Shown piece after piece: positions 1 to 16,744 of a stretch of 64,000 bases of DNA. How positions within the stretch are numbered: position 1 is the stretch's first letter; the number at the start of each line of letters is the position of its first letter. The position numbers and the translations under genes are program-made. The DNA lies in contig OZ024751.1 of assembly GCA_964016885.1 (NCBI GenBank), positions 33,356,001 through 33,420,000 of the forward strand, in the 5' to 3' direction. Origin of the DNA: Eledone cirrhosa (Eukaryota). The notes beneath the pieces were generated by a model. The model was not told where the DNA came from, did not search any database, and was given only the letters and a program-made list of their open reading frames with translations.

Positions 1-127
1 CACACTCGCACAAGCATACACATGCGGGAGCATCATTTCTTCAGACTTCAGTCGAATGAATCAAGATGAAATAGTAGAGGAACCCCGGCTACTGAACTCG
101 AAATAATTTATCGAAATACAAGGTTTT

Positions 128-306
128 TGTATTTGTTTAGGAAGATACTTGATGTGAAATCGTGTGCTGAAACAGATATTGTTATATTTTGAGGCTAGTC
201 ATTTTGTCAATAAAAGCACACGCACTAATCTATTTTCACTTCAGCTTTATTATTAGTTATTTCATCAAATCTCTTTCGTCACACATTCTGTGACCTTCTC
301 AATGAC
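128..306 (-). mobile_element. pLTR-like terminal fragment; related pieces at 31771-31852 and 53709-53735
   Basis: Shared TGAAATCGTGT..GAAACA.ATATTGTTATA sequence. The minus strand has TTGAGAAG-GTCAC-loop-GTGAC-GAAA followed by AATAAA. Confidence 0.5.
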
Positions 307-501
307 ATTTGTTCTTCTTCTCTCTCCCTCCTCTTCTTTTGGGCCTTAATTCTGAATAGCAATATGAATTAAACGGGGTAAGATCAAAAATATAGCCATT
401 ACACTAATGCGGCCTGACCGACCTTCCTCGTTAGAAGACTTACCCCTTGACTAGAACTGTAAAAAAGGTTCGATAAGTTTACGAAGAAATTGATCAATTA
501 T

Positions 502-619
502 GAAGGTTGAAAGGCAAAGCTAACTTCGGCGGGATTTGAACTCTAAACCTAAAAGGATGTAACTTTATGCCGCAAAGCATACTGTCTGACTCTCTACCTT
601 TACTGCTAACCTACCACCC
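502..619 (-). mobile_element. SINE family A, old partial copy
   Basis: GAAAGGCAAAGCTAACTTCGGCGGGATTTGAACTC. Confidence 0.75.
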
Positions 620-1855
620 TGTCTTTTCTAGAAAACTTTAAATTAATCGATATTTATATGCAAAATATTATTAAAACATACGCAAAATAAATTGTGATTA
701 CTAAGGTCAAAATACCAATTCACATGACTAAAATATTTGGCGACTAAAACTTTCGGAAACACTTTTATTCCTCTTTAGTGAGAATATTGTAGTAGAATAA
801 TAAATAAATGAGAGTTAGTGTTAATTTTTGTCTAATTAATAACGTCAGGTGTGAATAATATTCGCTTCACGTAGACATGTTCGTATGAAATATTTAATTA
901 GTTTCCTAATTAACCCGTATAAATAATCGTTATTTTTGTTGTCGTAAAAAATTTTAATTAATTTTCGTAAAGTTGTAGTGTGAAGTGCTCTGCACATATT
1001 TGAATATCTTAATATAATTAAAGTAATATGAAGTAGTAACAGCAACTGCAACCAACATATTCAAAGATTGACCTCGATTTACGAAAGTTTAACGATAAAA
1101 AATAAAAAAATCGAACAAGACTAATCCAATGTAAGTGTATACATACTGTGCTGTATTCTACTGACCGAGCACAATTAATTTTAGAATTAATATAGAAAAT
1201 ATATTGGTGTTGGGGTTATGCTGTAAGGCATAGAAAAAGTTTTTGATTGTACAATTTTTTCTTTAAAAAAATAACAGTTACAGACACCTATTATGATTCA
1301 AATTTCTATGGTACATTCCGTATAATCTTTTCTCCAACTTTGTTCAATAAGACGTTGTTCCATTAGATGAAAAGATATAAAAAGAACGTTGACTACCTTT
1401 GTTAAAAATAATGTTTCTCAGTAGAAAGTTGAAAAATATGCACATACATTGAGAAAGTGAATAACGTGATAAAAGATCATAAAGATAAGCTGGGAATATA
1501 AAAATGGAAACGACTCTGTGGAGTTATATTTCATAAAGGTGAGACTATATCTATATACACTATATCTATATCTTAATCTGTATACATATATATGTGTGTG
1601 TGTGTGTGTGTATGTGTGTACATACACTATATATATGTGTATGTGTATACATACACTATATATATATATATATATATATATAACTTACATAAATTACTTC
1701 TTTCATTCGGTCATTCGGAACGAAACTGAATGAATTATGTTTTAGTGAGTTTTAGTACCGGGTGACTATATTAGATAGAATACTCATACTCCACACCCGG
1801 TATTGAATACTCTTTCTTATACTCCTTATCATTACCGTCTCTCTCTCTCTCTCAA

Positions 1856-1911
<56 letters not shown>

Positions 1912-2601
1912 TCTCAAACCCCATCCACTTTCAGAATTCACGATACCATGGTCATTCATGATGGTCTTGACCATGCTTTTGGAAAAACTGTTAACCATCT
2001 CATGAAGCCCTTCTCAGATACGTGTTTGTCTGAGAAACTTTGTGTGTTTCTGGTATAGTATATAGACCAGAAGACTTTAATTGTAACATATCTGTGTATG
2101 AAAATATCAAATATGAAGTAAAACAATGTCATAAAACATTGCAGTGTTACAATATTACCAGAACTGTGTAAATACTAGAGTAGGAAGAATGGTAAGGATT
2201 GTAGGAATAATATAGAGAGCTTGAGGATCTTCAAAGGAAAATACGAGAATAGCTTCCAAAGAATAGAAATAATTCAGGAAATGAAAGACCGAAATTAGAT
2301 AGAAAGGAAATTGTAAATGTGGCTAAATCTTTTTCGCTAGAAAAAAGAACGACGCCATGATATAAAATTGAAACTAAAAGACGGATCTTTTCAACGAACG
2401 GATGAGAGATAGGAATCCTGATAGTTTCCATGTAAATACAACAGAATCATAACTAGGAATATGTAAGTTGAATAGGAGAACGAATGCTGGGAATGTGATA
2501 AGCTAATAGGGAAAGGTAGCAAACATAAGGATTATCAATGTTATACTACCTCAGGAATATTCCCGTAAAAAACCTGTGGAATGGAGGAAAGTAAAATCGG
2601 T

Positions 2602-2860
2602 GGAGTCCGACATCCACATTGAACGGTTTCGATTTAGCACAATTTATCCGAACATCAATATTAGAGCATTCGTATAGAGACATCAGGGCAAAAAGAATGT
2701 AGCCATCGATCCCTGCAGAACCTTCCACAGAACGTCTCGTGGAATGTGATCGGATACCTTTGAGTTCTACGAAGCAACCAGTCCTCCTACAATTTCTCAA
2801 AAAACTGCCGCAGTGTGCATATTTGGTCTGTTGTGTTCTACCACCTTTGGATATAAAGTT
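2602..2860 (-). pseudogene. Decayed non-LTR retrotransposon RT fragment, RTE-clade-like
   Basis: Frameshifted peptides DQICTLRQFFEK / CFVELK / DHIPRDVLWKVLQ / GIDGYILFALMSLYECSNIDVRINCAKSKPFNVDVGL resemble the LINE RT region from TDQIFTL through FVDLEKAYDRVPR to just before GLRQG. Confidence 0.8.
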
Positions 2861-3993
2861 TACGAAATTCACTACATCACTACATGACAGAGAGAGAGAG
2901 GAGAGTAAAAGAGTTGTGTTTGGATGTGTACGCGTATGTATATATGTAGAGTAATATTCTGTAATGCGGCCTAAATGCATCATCAGTAAATATGTAAGAA
3001 AGTTTTAGTTAAATACAAACATTTAGCCGACAATTTTTATCTAAAACATGATTGACTAAAGGAAAATAATGTATTAAGAAGAACAAAAATGTCTTTACAA
3101 TAACAACAACCACCATATAGATGGATATTATCAGTTTAGTCTTTCAAAGGAAAACTTAAAACAGAGATCTGTGTAGTAAGTTGAAGAAAGCAGCTGTCTA
3201 CTCGTGGTGAAGGTATCATTAACACATCTTTTGTTAGATAAAAGAAACATTCCTTGGAAATTAAATCAATTTATTTCCTGCTTTCTAACATCTCTTGCAG
3301 CAAAGACACCGTTCTTAATGAATTCATAAGTATTCTTGATAAAAATAAAGGGAGATCTCTGCAGTATGTTTGATCTGTTCGCAATTCAGCAGAGATATAC
3401 GACGGTTTAGCTCTGCCTATTAGGAAGATCAACTATCAAAGATATTTTACTTTAGCATTGAAGCTATACTTGACCTCTATATTCAGATGAGTCTTTCTCA
3501 CAAGAAAGTATTTGGCATTTAGATCGGAACATTGCTTCGAATAATTGAAGCTATAATACTCATGTGGAAATCATCCTTGTTATTATTTTCTCCCCACTTT
3601 AGTACAACATTCATGCCAAGAGTTGGTAGAAATTTTATTTGTAAAGGGTTATGTACCGACAGGATTGGATAATGTCGATTAACTGATTCAGATTCAGAAA
3701 ACTGCTGAATTGTAATAAGTTATTTCATGCCGAATATATAGACAAATATATGAGATATGCCTCAAAAGTAAATACAGCGCAATTCTATGAAATATTATTT
3801 CGCTTATTTCATATTAATCAATATACTTACACCAGGGATATTTTATTACGTTTGACATGCCCTAAGCCAATATTGGCATATATATATATATATATATATA
3901 TATACATTACATATATGTGTGAGTGAGTGAGTGAGTGTGCATGCATGTGTATGTTTATACAACTATATATGTATGTGTATATATGTGAATTTG

Positions 3994-4038
<45 letters not shown>

Positions 4039-5329
4039 ATATATGTATATGTGTATGTGTGTGTATTGAAGTACCTAGTATTGTTCACTTTTAATTAACT
4101 TCTAGAACGACATGACTTCTATATTTTGAAAGATATTTTTAGAAATATTTCCTCGCACGAAGAACTGATTTTAACTTTGTGTGAAATAATACCATTAAAA
4201 GCTTGTTACATTGAAATTAATTACTTGTAAAGAACTTCTCCGTTATTGGTTTTGCTAATTAATTTCGTTAATTAATTTGTGCAGCTTTCTATTCAGCTTT
4301 TATATGTAAACTTTAAATGTTCGTTGACAACAAATGTGGAGTATTGTAGAGCTTCCAGTGACCCACTTTAAAATATTTACTTTCACTCATTGTCTTCTCT
4401 TAACATCCTTCTAACAGCATCTTGCAAATGTTCCTCCATTTTGATTTCTATAAATAAGTACTCGTACTAAACTGATATCGATTAAATTGATTATATTATA
4501 TTCTTCCTTTACAAAACACTGGCCTAAGAAACCGATATTAAAACTTAATAGCAATTCACAAGAGGGGGAGGAAAACAAATAGCAAACATGTAGATAATAA
4601 TCAAAATATTATAATGAAAATTTGTTTTATTTGTAAGGAATGGTTAACATTTCTACAACAATTGCAATACACAAAAGTTTTAATGGTTTATTTGTAGATA
4701 AGCTTCTATTAGAGAGAATTGCTGAGGTTATCACACAATGAAAATACAAAGTTCACAACGGATCATACGCATGTAGAAGTTGATTTGCTTTCTTGTTGTG
4801 ACAAGATAAACAGTGAAATCAGAAATTATTACTTTATAGATCCCTTTAGAAATAAAAGCATCAATGAAGAAAAATCAACTGAGATTACTCCGATTTACGT
4901 TTTGTTTGTTTTTTTGGTAGTGGGCGTAGGGGGGGGGGGGGTTATTTCAAATTATTGTAGATGATAAATAGACAACGGGTGTTTGTATTGCTCATAAATT
5001 GTATATAAAGTTCAGAAGGAGAAGTGAAATAAATGGTAATTGCTTATTGATTTCCTTGTCTGATGGGCTTTATATTTTGTTGTTTCCTTAATACAGTTCG
5101 TAATTCCTTTTACTCGTTTCATTCATTCCATCGTAAAATCTTTCGATTATGTGTTGCAAGTCCGCCGCCATGTTGCAAACAAGAGAATGTTCTACAAGTA
5201 GAAACGATGATTCTGTTTCAATCTCCAAACTGAAGTTAATGTTTTTATTCTGCTAAATTCGAGAGGGAAGGGTATGAAAACGACGCCTTCCGGTTTCACA
5301 TTACTTAAAATTATGTATAAGAACTTTAA

Positions 5330-8300
5330 CAGCACATATTTCACATAGCTACATCAACAACACATATTTCACATAGCTACATCAACAACACATATTTCAA
5401 ATAGCTACATCAACAACACATATTTCACATAGCTACATCAACAACGCATATTTCACATAGCTACATCAACAACACATATTTCAAATAGCTACATCAACAA
5501 CACATATTTCACATAGCTACATCAACAACGCATATTTTACATAGCAACATTAACAACACATATTTCACATAGCAACATTAACAGCACATATTTTACATAG
5601 CAACATCAACAACACATTTCACATAGCAACATTAACAACACATATTTTACATAGCAACATCAACAACACATTTCACATAGCCACATCAACAACACATTTC
5701 ACATAGCAACATTAACAACACATATTTTACATAGCAACATCAACAACACATTTCACATAGCAACGTTAACAACACACAGTACAGATAGCAACGTTAGTAT
5801 CAGACATTACACATAACAACATTAGCAATAAACATTACACAGAAACATTAGTAACTCACATTACACATAACAACATTAGTAACTCACATTACACATAGCA
5901 ACATTAGTAACTCACATTACACATAGCAACATTAGTAACTCACATTACACGTAACAACATTAGTAACTCACATTACACATAACAACATTAGTAACTCACA
6001 TTACACATAGCAACATTAGTAACTCACATTACACATAACAACATTAGTAACCCACATTACACATAACAACATTAGTAACTCACATTACACATAACAACAT
6101 TAGTAACTCACATTACACATAACAACATTAGTAACTCACATTACACATAACAACATTAGTAACTCATATTACACATAACAACATTAGTAACTCACATTAC
6201 ACATAACAACATAAGTAACTCACATTACACATAACAACATTAGCAACTCACATTACACATAACAACATTAGTAACTCACATTATACATAACAACATTAGT
6301 AACTCACATTACACATAACAACATTAGTAACTCACATTACACATAGCAACATTAGTAACTCACATTACACATAGCAACATTAGTAACTCACATTACACAT
6401 AACAACATTAGTAACTCATATTACACATAACAACATTAGTAACTCACATTACACATAACAACATAAGTAACTCACATTACACATAACAACATTAGCAACT
6501 CACATTACACATAACAACATTAGCAACTCACATTACACATATCAACATTAGTAACTCACATAACATTAGTAACTCACATAACAACATTAGTAACTCACAT
6601 TACACATAACAACATTAGCAACTCACATTACACATAACAACATTAGTAACTCACATTACACATAACAACATTAGTAACTCACATTACACATAACAACATT
6701 AGTAACTCACATTACACATAACAACATTAGTAACTCACGTTACACATAACAACATTAGTAACTCACATTACACATAACAACATTAGTAACTCACATTACA
6801 CATAACAACATTAGTAACTCACATTACACATAGCAACATTAGTAACTCACATTACACATAACAACATTAGTAACTCACATTACACATAACAACATTAGTA
6901 ACTCACATTACACATAACAACATTAGTAACTCACATTACACATAACAACATTAGTAACTCACATTACACATAGCAACATTAGTAACTCACATTACACATA
7001 ACAACATTAGTAACTCATATTACACATAGGAACATTAGTAACTCACATTACACATAACAACATTAGTAACTCACATTACACATAACAACATTAGTAACTC
7101 ACATTACACATAGCAACATTAGTAACTCACATTACACATAGCAACATTAGTAACTCACATTACACATAGCAACATTAGTAACTCACATTACATATAACAA
7201 CATTAGTAACTCACATTACACATAACAACATTAGTAACTCACATTACACATAGCAACATTAGTAACTCACATTACACATAACAACATTAGTAACTCACAT
7301 TACACATAGCAACATTAGTAACTCACATTACACATAGCAACATTAGTAACTCACATTACATATAACAACATTAGTAACTCACATTACACATAACAACATT
7401 AGTAACTCATATTACACATAACAACATTAGTAACTCACATAACAACATTACTAACTCACATAACAACATTAGTAACTCACATTACACATAACAACATTAG
7501 TAACTCACATAACAACATTAGTAACTCAGATAACAACATTAGTAACTCACATTACACATAACAACATTAGCAACTCACATTACACATAACAACATTAGTA
7601 ACTCAAATTACACATAACAACATTAGTAACTCACATTACACATAACAACATTAGCAACTCACATTACACATAACAACATTAGTAACTCACATTACACATA
7701 ACAACATTAGTAACTCACATTACACATAACAACATTAGCAACTCACATTACACATAACAACATTAGTAACTCACATTACACATAACAACATTAGTAACTC
7801 ACATTACACATAACAAGATTAGTAACTCACATTACACATAACAACATTAGTAACTCACATTACACATAACAACATTAGTAACTCATATTACACATAACAA
7901 CATTAGTAACTCACATTACACATAACAACATTAGTAACTCACATTACACATAACAACATTAGTAACTCACATTACACATAACAACATTAGTAACTCACAT
8001 TACACATAACAACATTAGTAACTCACATTACACATAACAACATTAGTAACTCACATTACACATAACAACATTAGTAACTCACATTACACATAACAACATT
8101 AGTAACTCACATTACACATAGCAACATTAGTAACTCACATTACACATAACAACATTAGTAACTCACATTACACATAACAACATTAGTAACTCACATTACA
8201 CATAACAACATTAGTAACTCACATTACACATAACAACATTAGTAACTCACATTACACATAACAACATTAGTAACTCACATTACACATAGCAACATTAGTA

Positions 8301-8820
8301 ACTCACATTACACATAACAACATTAGTAACTCACATTACACATAACAACATTAGTAACTCACATTACACATAACAACATTAGTAACTCACATTACACATA
8401 ACAACATTAGTAACTCACATTACACATAACAACATTAGTAACTCACATTACACATAGCAACATTAGTAACTCACATTACACATAGCAACATTAGTAAGTC
8501 ACATTACACATAACAACATTAGCAACTCACATTACACATAGCAACATTAGCAACTCACATTACACATAACAAAATTAGTAACTCACATTACACATAACAA
8601 CATTAGTAACTCACATTACACATAGCAACATTAGCAACTCACATTACACATAGCAACATTAGCAACTCACATTACACATAGCAACATTAGCAGCAGTACA
8701 TAGTACAGATAGCAACATCAGCAAGAGATATTACAGATAGCAAGATTAGCATCAGATATTATTTCAGATAACAGCATTCACAATAGACATTTCACATCAC
8801 AACATTAACAACATTAGCAG
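5330..8820. repeat. 28-bp satellite, roughly 120 units
   Basis: Core unit CTCACATTACACATAACAACATTAGTAA; the 5' block uses the variant CACATATTTCACATAGCTACATCAACAA. Confidence 0.97.
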
Positions 8821-8927
8821 CAATATAGAGCTGAGATAGCAACAAAACCTACATTACATACCCACAGTACAAGCAATATAGAGCTGACATAGCAACAAAA
8901 CGTACATTACATACCCACAGTACAAGA
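8820..8927. repeat. 53-bp tandem duplication
   Basis: GCAATATAGAGCTGA.ATAGCAACAAAAC.TACATTACATACCCACAGTACAA occurs twice. Confidence 0.85.
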
Positions 8928-9026
8928 AATAAAAACTAATAAATAAACGTCACAAAAGGTGTTTATATTTATTCTTTGAACAGTATTATGGTTTGGAAAT
9001 ATGGTTCGACATTGAGTGGTTCGACA

Positions 9027-9030
9027 TATG

Positions 9031-9065
<35 letters not shown>

Positions 9066-9268
9066 ATATGTATGTATATGTACATATATGTGTGTGTATT
9101 TATATATATGTGTGTGTGTGTCTTTATATATATATATATATACGTGTGTGTATGTATATATTTATATGTGTATATGTATATATTTATATATGTGTATACA
9201 TATATATATATATATATTTATATATAAATATATATATAAATATATAAATATATATATATATATATATT

Positions 9269-9300
<32 letters not shown>

Positions 9301-9316
9301 AATATATATATATATT

Positions 9317-9356
<40 letters not shown>

Positions 9357-9368
9357 TATATATATATT

Positions 9369-9410
<42 letters not shown>

Positions 9411-9503
9411 AATATATATATAAATATATAAATATATATATATATTTATATATAAATATATATATAAATATATAAATATATATATATATATATTTATATA
9501 TAA

Positions 9504-9554
<51 letters not shown>

Positions 9555-9561
9555 TATATAA

Positions 9562-9600
<39 letters not shown>

Positions 9601-9658
9601 ATACATATATAAATATATATATATATAATACATATATAAATATATATATATATAATAC

Positions 9659-9691
<33 letters not shown>

Positions 9692-9706
9692 AATATATAA
9701 ATATAA

Positions 9707-9750
<44 letters not shown>

Positions 9751-9822
9751 CATATATAAATATATATATATATAATACATATATAAATATATATATATCT
9801 ATATATAAATATATAAATATAA

Positions 9823-9855
<33 letters not shown>

Positions 9856-9868
9856 AATATATAAATAT

Positions 9869-9901
<33 letters not shown>

Positions 9902-9902
9902 A

Positions 9903-9955
<53 letters not shown>

Positions 9956-9982
9956 AATATATAAATATATATATATATATAA

Positions 9983-10032
<50 letters not shown>

Positions 10033-10436
10033 TATATATATATATATAAATAATATATATATATATATAAATAATATATATATATATATAAATAATATAT
10101 ATATAAATAATATATATATATAAATATATATATATAAATATATATATATAAATAATATATATATATAAATATATATATATATTAATATATATATATAAAT
10201 AATATATATATATAAATAATATATATATATAAATAATATATATATATAAATAATATATATATATAAATAATATATATATATAAATAATATATATATATAA
10301 ATAATATATATATATAAATAATATATATATATAAATATATATATATATAAATAATATATATATATAAATAATATATATATATAAATAATATATATATATA
10401 AATATATATATATATAAATAATATATATATATAAAT

Positions 10437-10467
<31 letters not shown>

Positions 10468-10490
10468 AATATATATATAAATATATATAT
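9027..10490. repeat. (TA)n-derived array with TAAA/TAAT interruptions
   Basis: Direct inspection. Confidence 0.97.
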
Positions 10491-10830
10491 ACACTGGATG
10501 CTGAGTACGAATGACACACTGATGTCATAGAAACGTCACCGAGAGAGAGAAGCAGGTGATATCATTTACGAACAAATTTTTCATTATGTAAATCTTGTCA
10601 CATACCCTTTCTTATTTAATGTGATGTTTAGGAATTTCTATTAAAAATCTCTCTCTAAGCTCTATTTCTTACGACAGGCACATCTAGATTAATCACGCAT
10701 CAACTAACAGGAAATAGCATTATGAATTTAAATACGTTCGCTAATTTTGTAGGAACGAGAAGAAAAACATACCAAGCAGCTAAAAGAACAGAAATGATAA
10801 TAGTAATAATAATAATAGTGATGATGATAT

Positions 10831-10861
<31 letters not shown>

Positions 10862-10943
10862 AAGCCATTTTCCTTATTTCAGTTTGTGATTAACATTATT
10901 GGAGTGAAACCGTAGTTTTGTACATAAAGGCTCCATGTGTACC

Positions 10944-11057
<114 letters not shown>

Positions 11058-11214
11058 TAGAGAGAAATATAGTAATTAAGATGAAGCAGATGGACGACCT
11101 GACCTTAGGTTACAATCACGACTATAATTTTAAATTAAGTTTCACTTCTGGTTCAGTGACGTCACACTGGAACTGAATTGAGAAACGAATAATAATAGAT
11201 TGTAATATCTCACT

Positions 11215-11640
11215 TATTATTATCCACCACCCCTATTATTATCATCTACCACCCCTATTATTATCATCTACCACCCCTGTTATTATCATCTACCACCCCT
11301 GTTATTATCATCTACCACCCCTATTATTATTATCCACCACCCCTATTATTATCATCTACCACCCCTATTATTATTATCCACCACCCCTATTATTATCATC
11401 TACCAACCCTGTTATTATCATCTACCACCCCTATTATTATCATCTACCACCCCTGTTATTATCATCTACCACCCCAATTATTATCATCTACCACCCCTAT
11501 TATTATCATCTACCAACCCTGTTATTATCATCTACCACCCCTATTATTATCATCTACCACCCCTATTATTATCATCCACCACCTCTATTATTATCATCTA
11601 CCACGTCTGTTATTGCCGTCTACCAACTCTGTTATTGCCT
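11215..11640. repeat. 22-bp minisatellite
   Basis: Unit ATTATTATCATCTACCACCCCT. Confidence 0.95.
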
Positions 11641-11658
11641 TCTACCATGTTCTACCAC

Positions 11659-11980
11659 TTTACTCTTGCTACGAAGATGGTAGACAAGACAGCCAATGTG
11701 GACTGCACAAGTCTTTTATCGAGGTTTGATATATATCTGCCCTCGATGAACGATTTCATAGATGACGTGACCATTACATCGTAATTGGGCCCTCAAATAA
11801 AGTAGATTCTACAAGGGTTTGAGAAGCTGATCGTCTGGGTAAAAGTTCAAGCTTACAATGTTGAGGTTTTCTGGTACTGATATAAGGGATGTTTGTTTAT
11901 CAGATTCTTACTTTCAGTAAGGCTCGGCTTTTCCTGCAACTTCAGCAGTCGACTACAGTACGGGACTAGCAGTATCTCCC
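11659..11980 (+). pseudogene. Decayed RT fragment of an R2-like (HERO-type) non-LTR retrotransposon
   Basis: FTLATKMVDKTANVDC...MNDFIDDVTITS*LGPQIK*ILQGFEKLIVW, then KFK after a frameshift. FIDD is the catalytic motif; the context resembles HERO AFMDDLT...ILQGLEKLITW as recalled. Confidence 0.7.
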
Positions 11981-12584
11981 TTCGGTGGCCAGTCAAAGTA
12001 GTATAAATGGTACAAGCGGGGGAATTCATGCACTGCTGAATCTCAAACATGTGTACCAACATATGTGATAGATACTATCTCTACCTAACAGAGATTTAAT
12101 TCACAAATGAAATATGTTTCACCTGTAAAACACTGAAGTTAATATCAAGAAGTACAGATATTTTTGTGTTAGAACTACAAGCAGGCTAAACTTCTTTGAT
12201 TACTAAATGTTCAAACATTGATTATCAACGAAAAAGAAGCATTTTTATAATACTTTTATTTATTAGTTTTCGTCTCCCCATTCCTTCACCTCCTCTATCA
12301 CACTCTCTCCTCCCCTTCACCTTCCTCTATCACACTCTCTCCTCCCCTTCACCTGCCTCTATCACACCCTCTCCTCCCCTTCACCTGCCTTTATCACACC
12401 CTCCTCTCATTCTCCGTCTATTTACATTTAATTTTAACTTATATAATTTAATATAATTTATTAATTCATATCATAATTAAAAATTTCAATATTTATTTAT
12501 TAGTTTTATATTCTATATTTCATAAACTTATATTTAATTTTTGTTCAAAATATATCTTAATATTCATAAATTCATTTAAACATA

Positions 12585-12875
12585 TGTATACGCACGTACA
12601 TACATACATACATACATACATACATACGTACATACGTACATACATACATACGTACATACATAGATACGTACGTACATATGTACATACATACATACGTACA
12701 TATGTACATACATTCATACATACATACATACGTACATACATACGTACATACGTACATAGGTACATACATAGATACATAGATACATACGTACATACATACG
12801 TACATACATACATACGTAATACATACATGCATACATACAGGCTTATATATAGACATATACGCACATATACATATA
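12585..12875. repeat. (TACA)n/(TACG) microsatellite
   Basis: Direct inspection. Confidence 0.95.
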
Positions 12876-13031
12876 TTATTATTAATGTTTCTCACACCAC
12901 CCAACCTCCATCCCTCTTATACGTTAACCTCTCAGAAACCCGTATATACATTGCCATGGTTACGTGCTGTTTTTTCTCATCTTCACGTCGATGTATATTT
13001 ACACTTATTTCTATAAATTTATCATCTATTA

Positions 13032-13219
13032 TGGTGGATTGGCAGTATCGGTAGAGGATCAGACGCCATGCTTTGACGCATAGAGTTACGGCCCTTGCCA
13101 TTCTGAGTTCAAATCCCGTCGATGTCAACTTTGCCTTTCATCCTAACGGGGGTCGATAAATAAAGTACCAGTAATACACTGGGTATTTGCTGGCCTTGTG
13201 CCTAAAGTAGAAACAATTA
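13032..13219 (+). mobile_element. tRNA-derived SINE family A
   Basis: A-box-like TGGCAGTATCGG, B-box GAGTTCAAATCC, central TTTGCCTTTCATCC..GGGGTCGATAAA, end AAAGTAGAAACAATTA. Confidence 0.9.
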
Positions 13220-13585
13220 TATCTACACAAAATTTACTTGGTTTAGATTTTAGACTGTCTTATGGGGAATACATTGTAATGTTTGGTGAAACGAGCAGTG
13301 GAACACCGTTTGTTATGGAACACTGCTGTTCCCCCTGAAGAACGTGCTTTTACTTATTTAGCCCTAGGCCAGTACTGACCGAGCAGTCTTGTGTTTCAGA
13401 TCATTCCGTCTTTTTACAGTTCAGTTTATCCTGGGTCAGTTTACCCCGTGACACATTATCTAATTAACTCATCTTTTGGTGGGTATTTTTTTCTTGGGGG
13501 GGAGGGAGCGATATTTTTTATTTCCAGAACGTCTAGTGACGGCGGAGACATACCCCCACATGGCCCAGATAGCCAGTGTAGACTA

Positions 13586-13727
13586 GGGTGGTGAATTGGC
13601 AGAGTCGTTACAACGTCGGATAGAATGCTTTATGGTGTTCGTTCCGGATCTCTGCCCTCGGAGTTCAAATCCAGCCGAGGTCAACTTTGCCTTTCATCCT
13701 TTCGAGGTCGAGAAGAAAAGTACCAGT
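13586..13727 (+). mobile_element. SINE family A, diverged and 3'-truncated
   Basis: GAGTTCAAATCCAGCCGAGGTCAACTTTGCCTTTCATCC. Confidence 0.8.
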
Positions 13728-13824
13728 CTAGTTCTAAGGTCGATTCTTCTTCTATGTCTCTTTCTCATTTCCTCTCTCTCACTCTCTCTCTCTCTCTTTC
13801 TCTGAAGGAAATCTGCTATACTCA

Positions 13825-14063
13825 GGCCTGGAGAGAAGATGGGTCCACCAGGCTTAAAAATGCCCAAGAAACGCCTTCTATCAATACGGCGCCCCTACGA
13901 TTCTATCAGGAGTTATGGGATCATACATACATACCGTTTATCAATACGGCGCCCCTACGATTCTATCAGGAGTTATGGGATCATACATACATACCGTTTA
14001 AAATACGGCGTCCCTACGACTCCATCAGGAGTTACAGTACCATACATACATACAAACTAGAAG
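13825..14063 (+). repeat. Dispersed repeat containing a 60-bp tandem triplication (13881-14053); single-unit relative at 26385-26502
   Basis: Unit TCAATACGGCGCCCCTACGATTCTATCAGGAGTTATGGGATCATACATACATACCGTTTA. Both loci share AATGCCCA.GAAACGCC, TACGGCGCCC, GGAGTTA and a terminal ACTAG. Confidence 0.75.
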
Positions 14064-14493
14064 TATATGTGAGTGAAATCCTCTTCACTGACAAACTGAC
14101 ATACTATGGAAGTCTAACGAAAATACTGCTTCTTCCCAAATAAATTATTTGTTTGATTAAAAACGTTACAAATATATCTCTAATAATAACCTTGCTATTT
14201 AAAGGAACCTTTGTTAATTCAGTTCTAAAACTCACTTTTCGTTTTACACTCTAGGGCATTACAATTTGGCATCGATTGCTGACCGACAGAGAAACAAGAA
14301 GGTAGTAGCCAATTGTTGAACTATTGTTAATGGTTCTTCAATATAAATCTAGATTACAAACAACAACTACAATAATAAAATCAATAAACTTATTTTTAAA
14401 CTGGAACATTCCTAATATGCTCCAATTAATCAAATCGAATGATTATATTTAACTCAGTTGAATAAGGTCTCTTTTATGATCTCTTATATAATA

Positions 14494-16586
<2,093 letters not shown>

Positions 16587-16599
16587 CATTGAAAGGATA

Positions 16600-16730
16600 A
16601 CAACGACGATTGGTTACTCCTTCATTACATTTATTGGTAGGTGACGCGCGTTTCGCCACTGATCAGCTCAAGGTTCGATCTGTATCGATCTTACCCGACT
16701 CTATAATCGGCAGCTCGACGGACCCTTTCA
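16600..16730 (-). mobile_element. pLTR-like fragment with a degenerate long-stem-II hammerhead (16639-16725)
   Basis: Minus strand reads GGGT-CCGTCGA-GCTGCCGATT...GATCAGTGGC-GAAA-CGCGCG-TC-ACCT...AATAAA. Homologous to 29248-29368 and flanked by (TA)n. Confidence 0.65.
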
Positions 16731-16744
16731 TATATATATATATA

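Noticed and set aside
2546-2983. 145-aa ORF as an intact gene
   Set aside because: Chance read-through of a frameshifted LINE RT remnant plus an (AG)n tract.
5330-8820. CRISPR-like periodic array
   Set aside because: Head-to-tail units with no unique spacers and no cas genes, in a eukaryotic context.
10501-10537. Hammerhead-like CTGAGTACGA-ATGACA-loop-TGTCAT-A-GAAAC-GTC
   Set aside because: Core spacing is non-canonical and there is no stem I pairing; possibly chance or too decayed.
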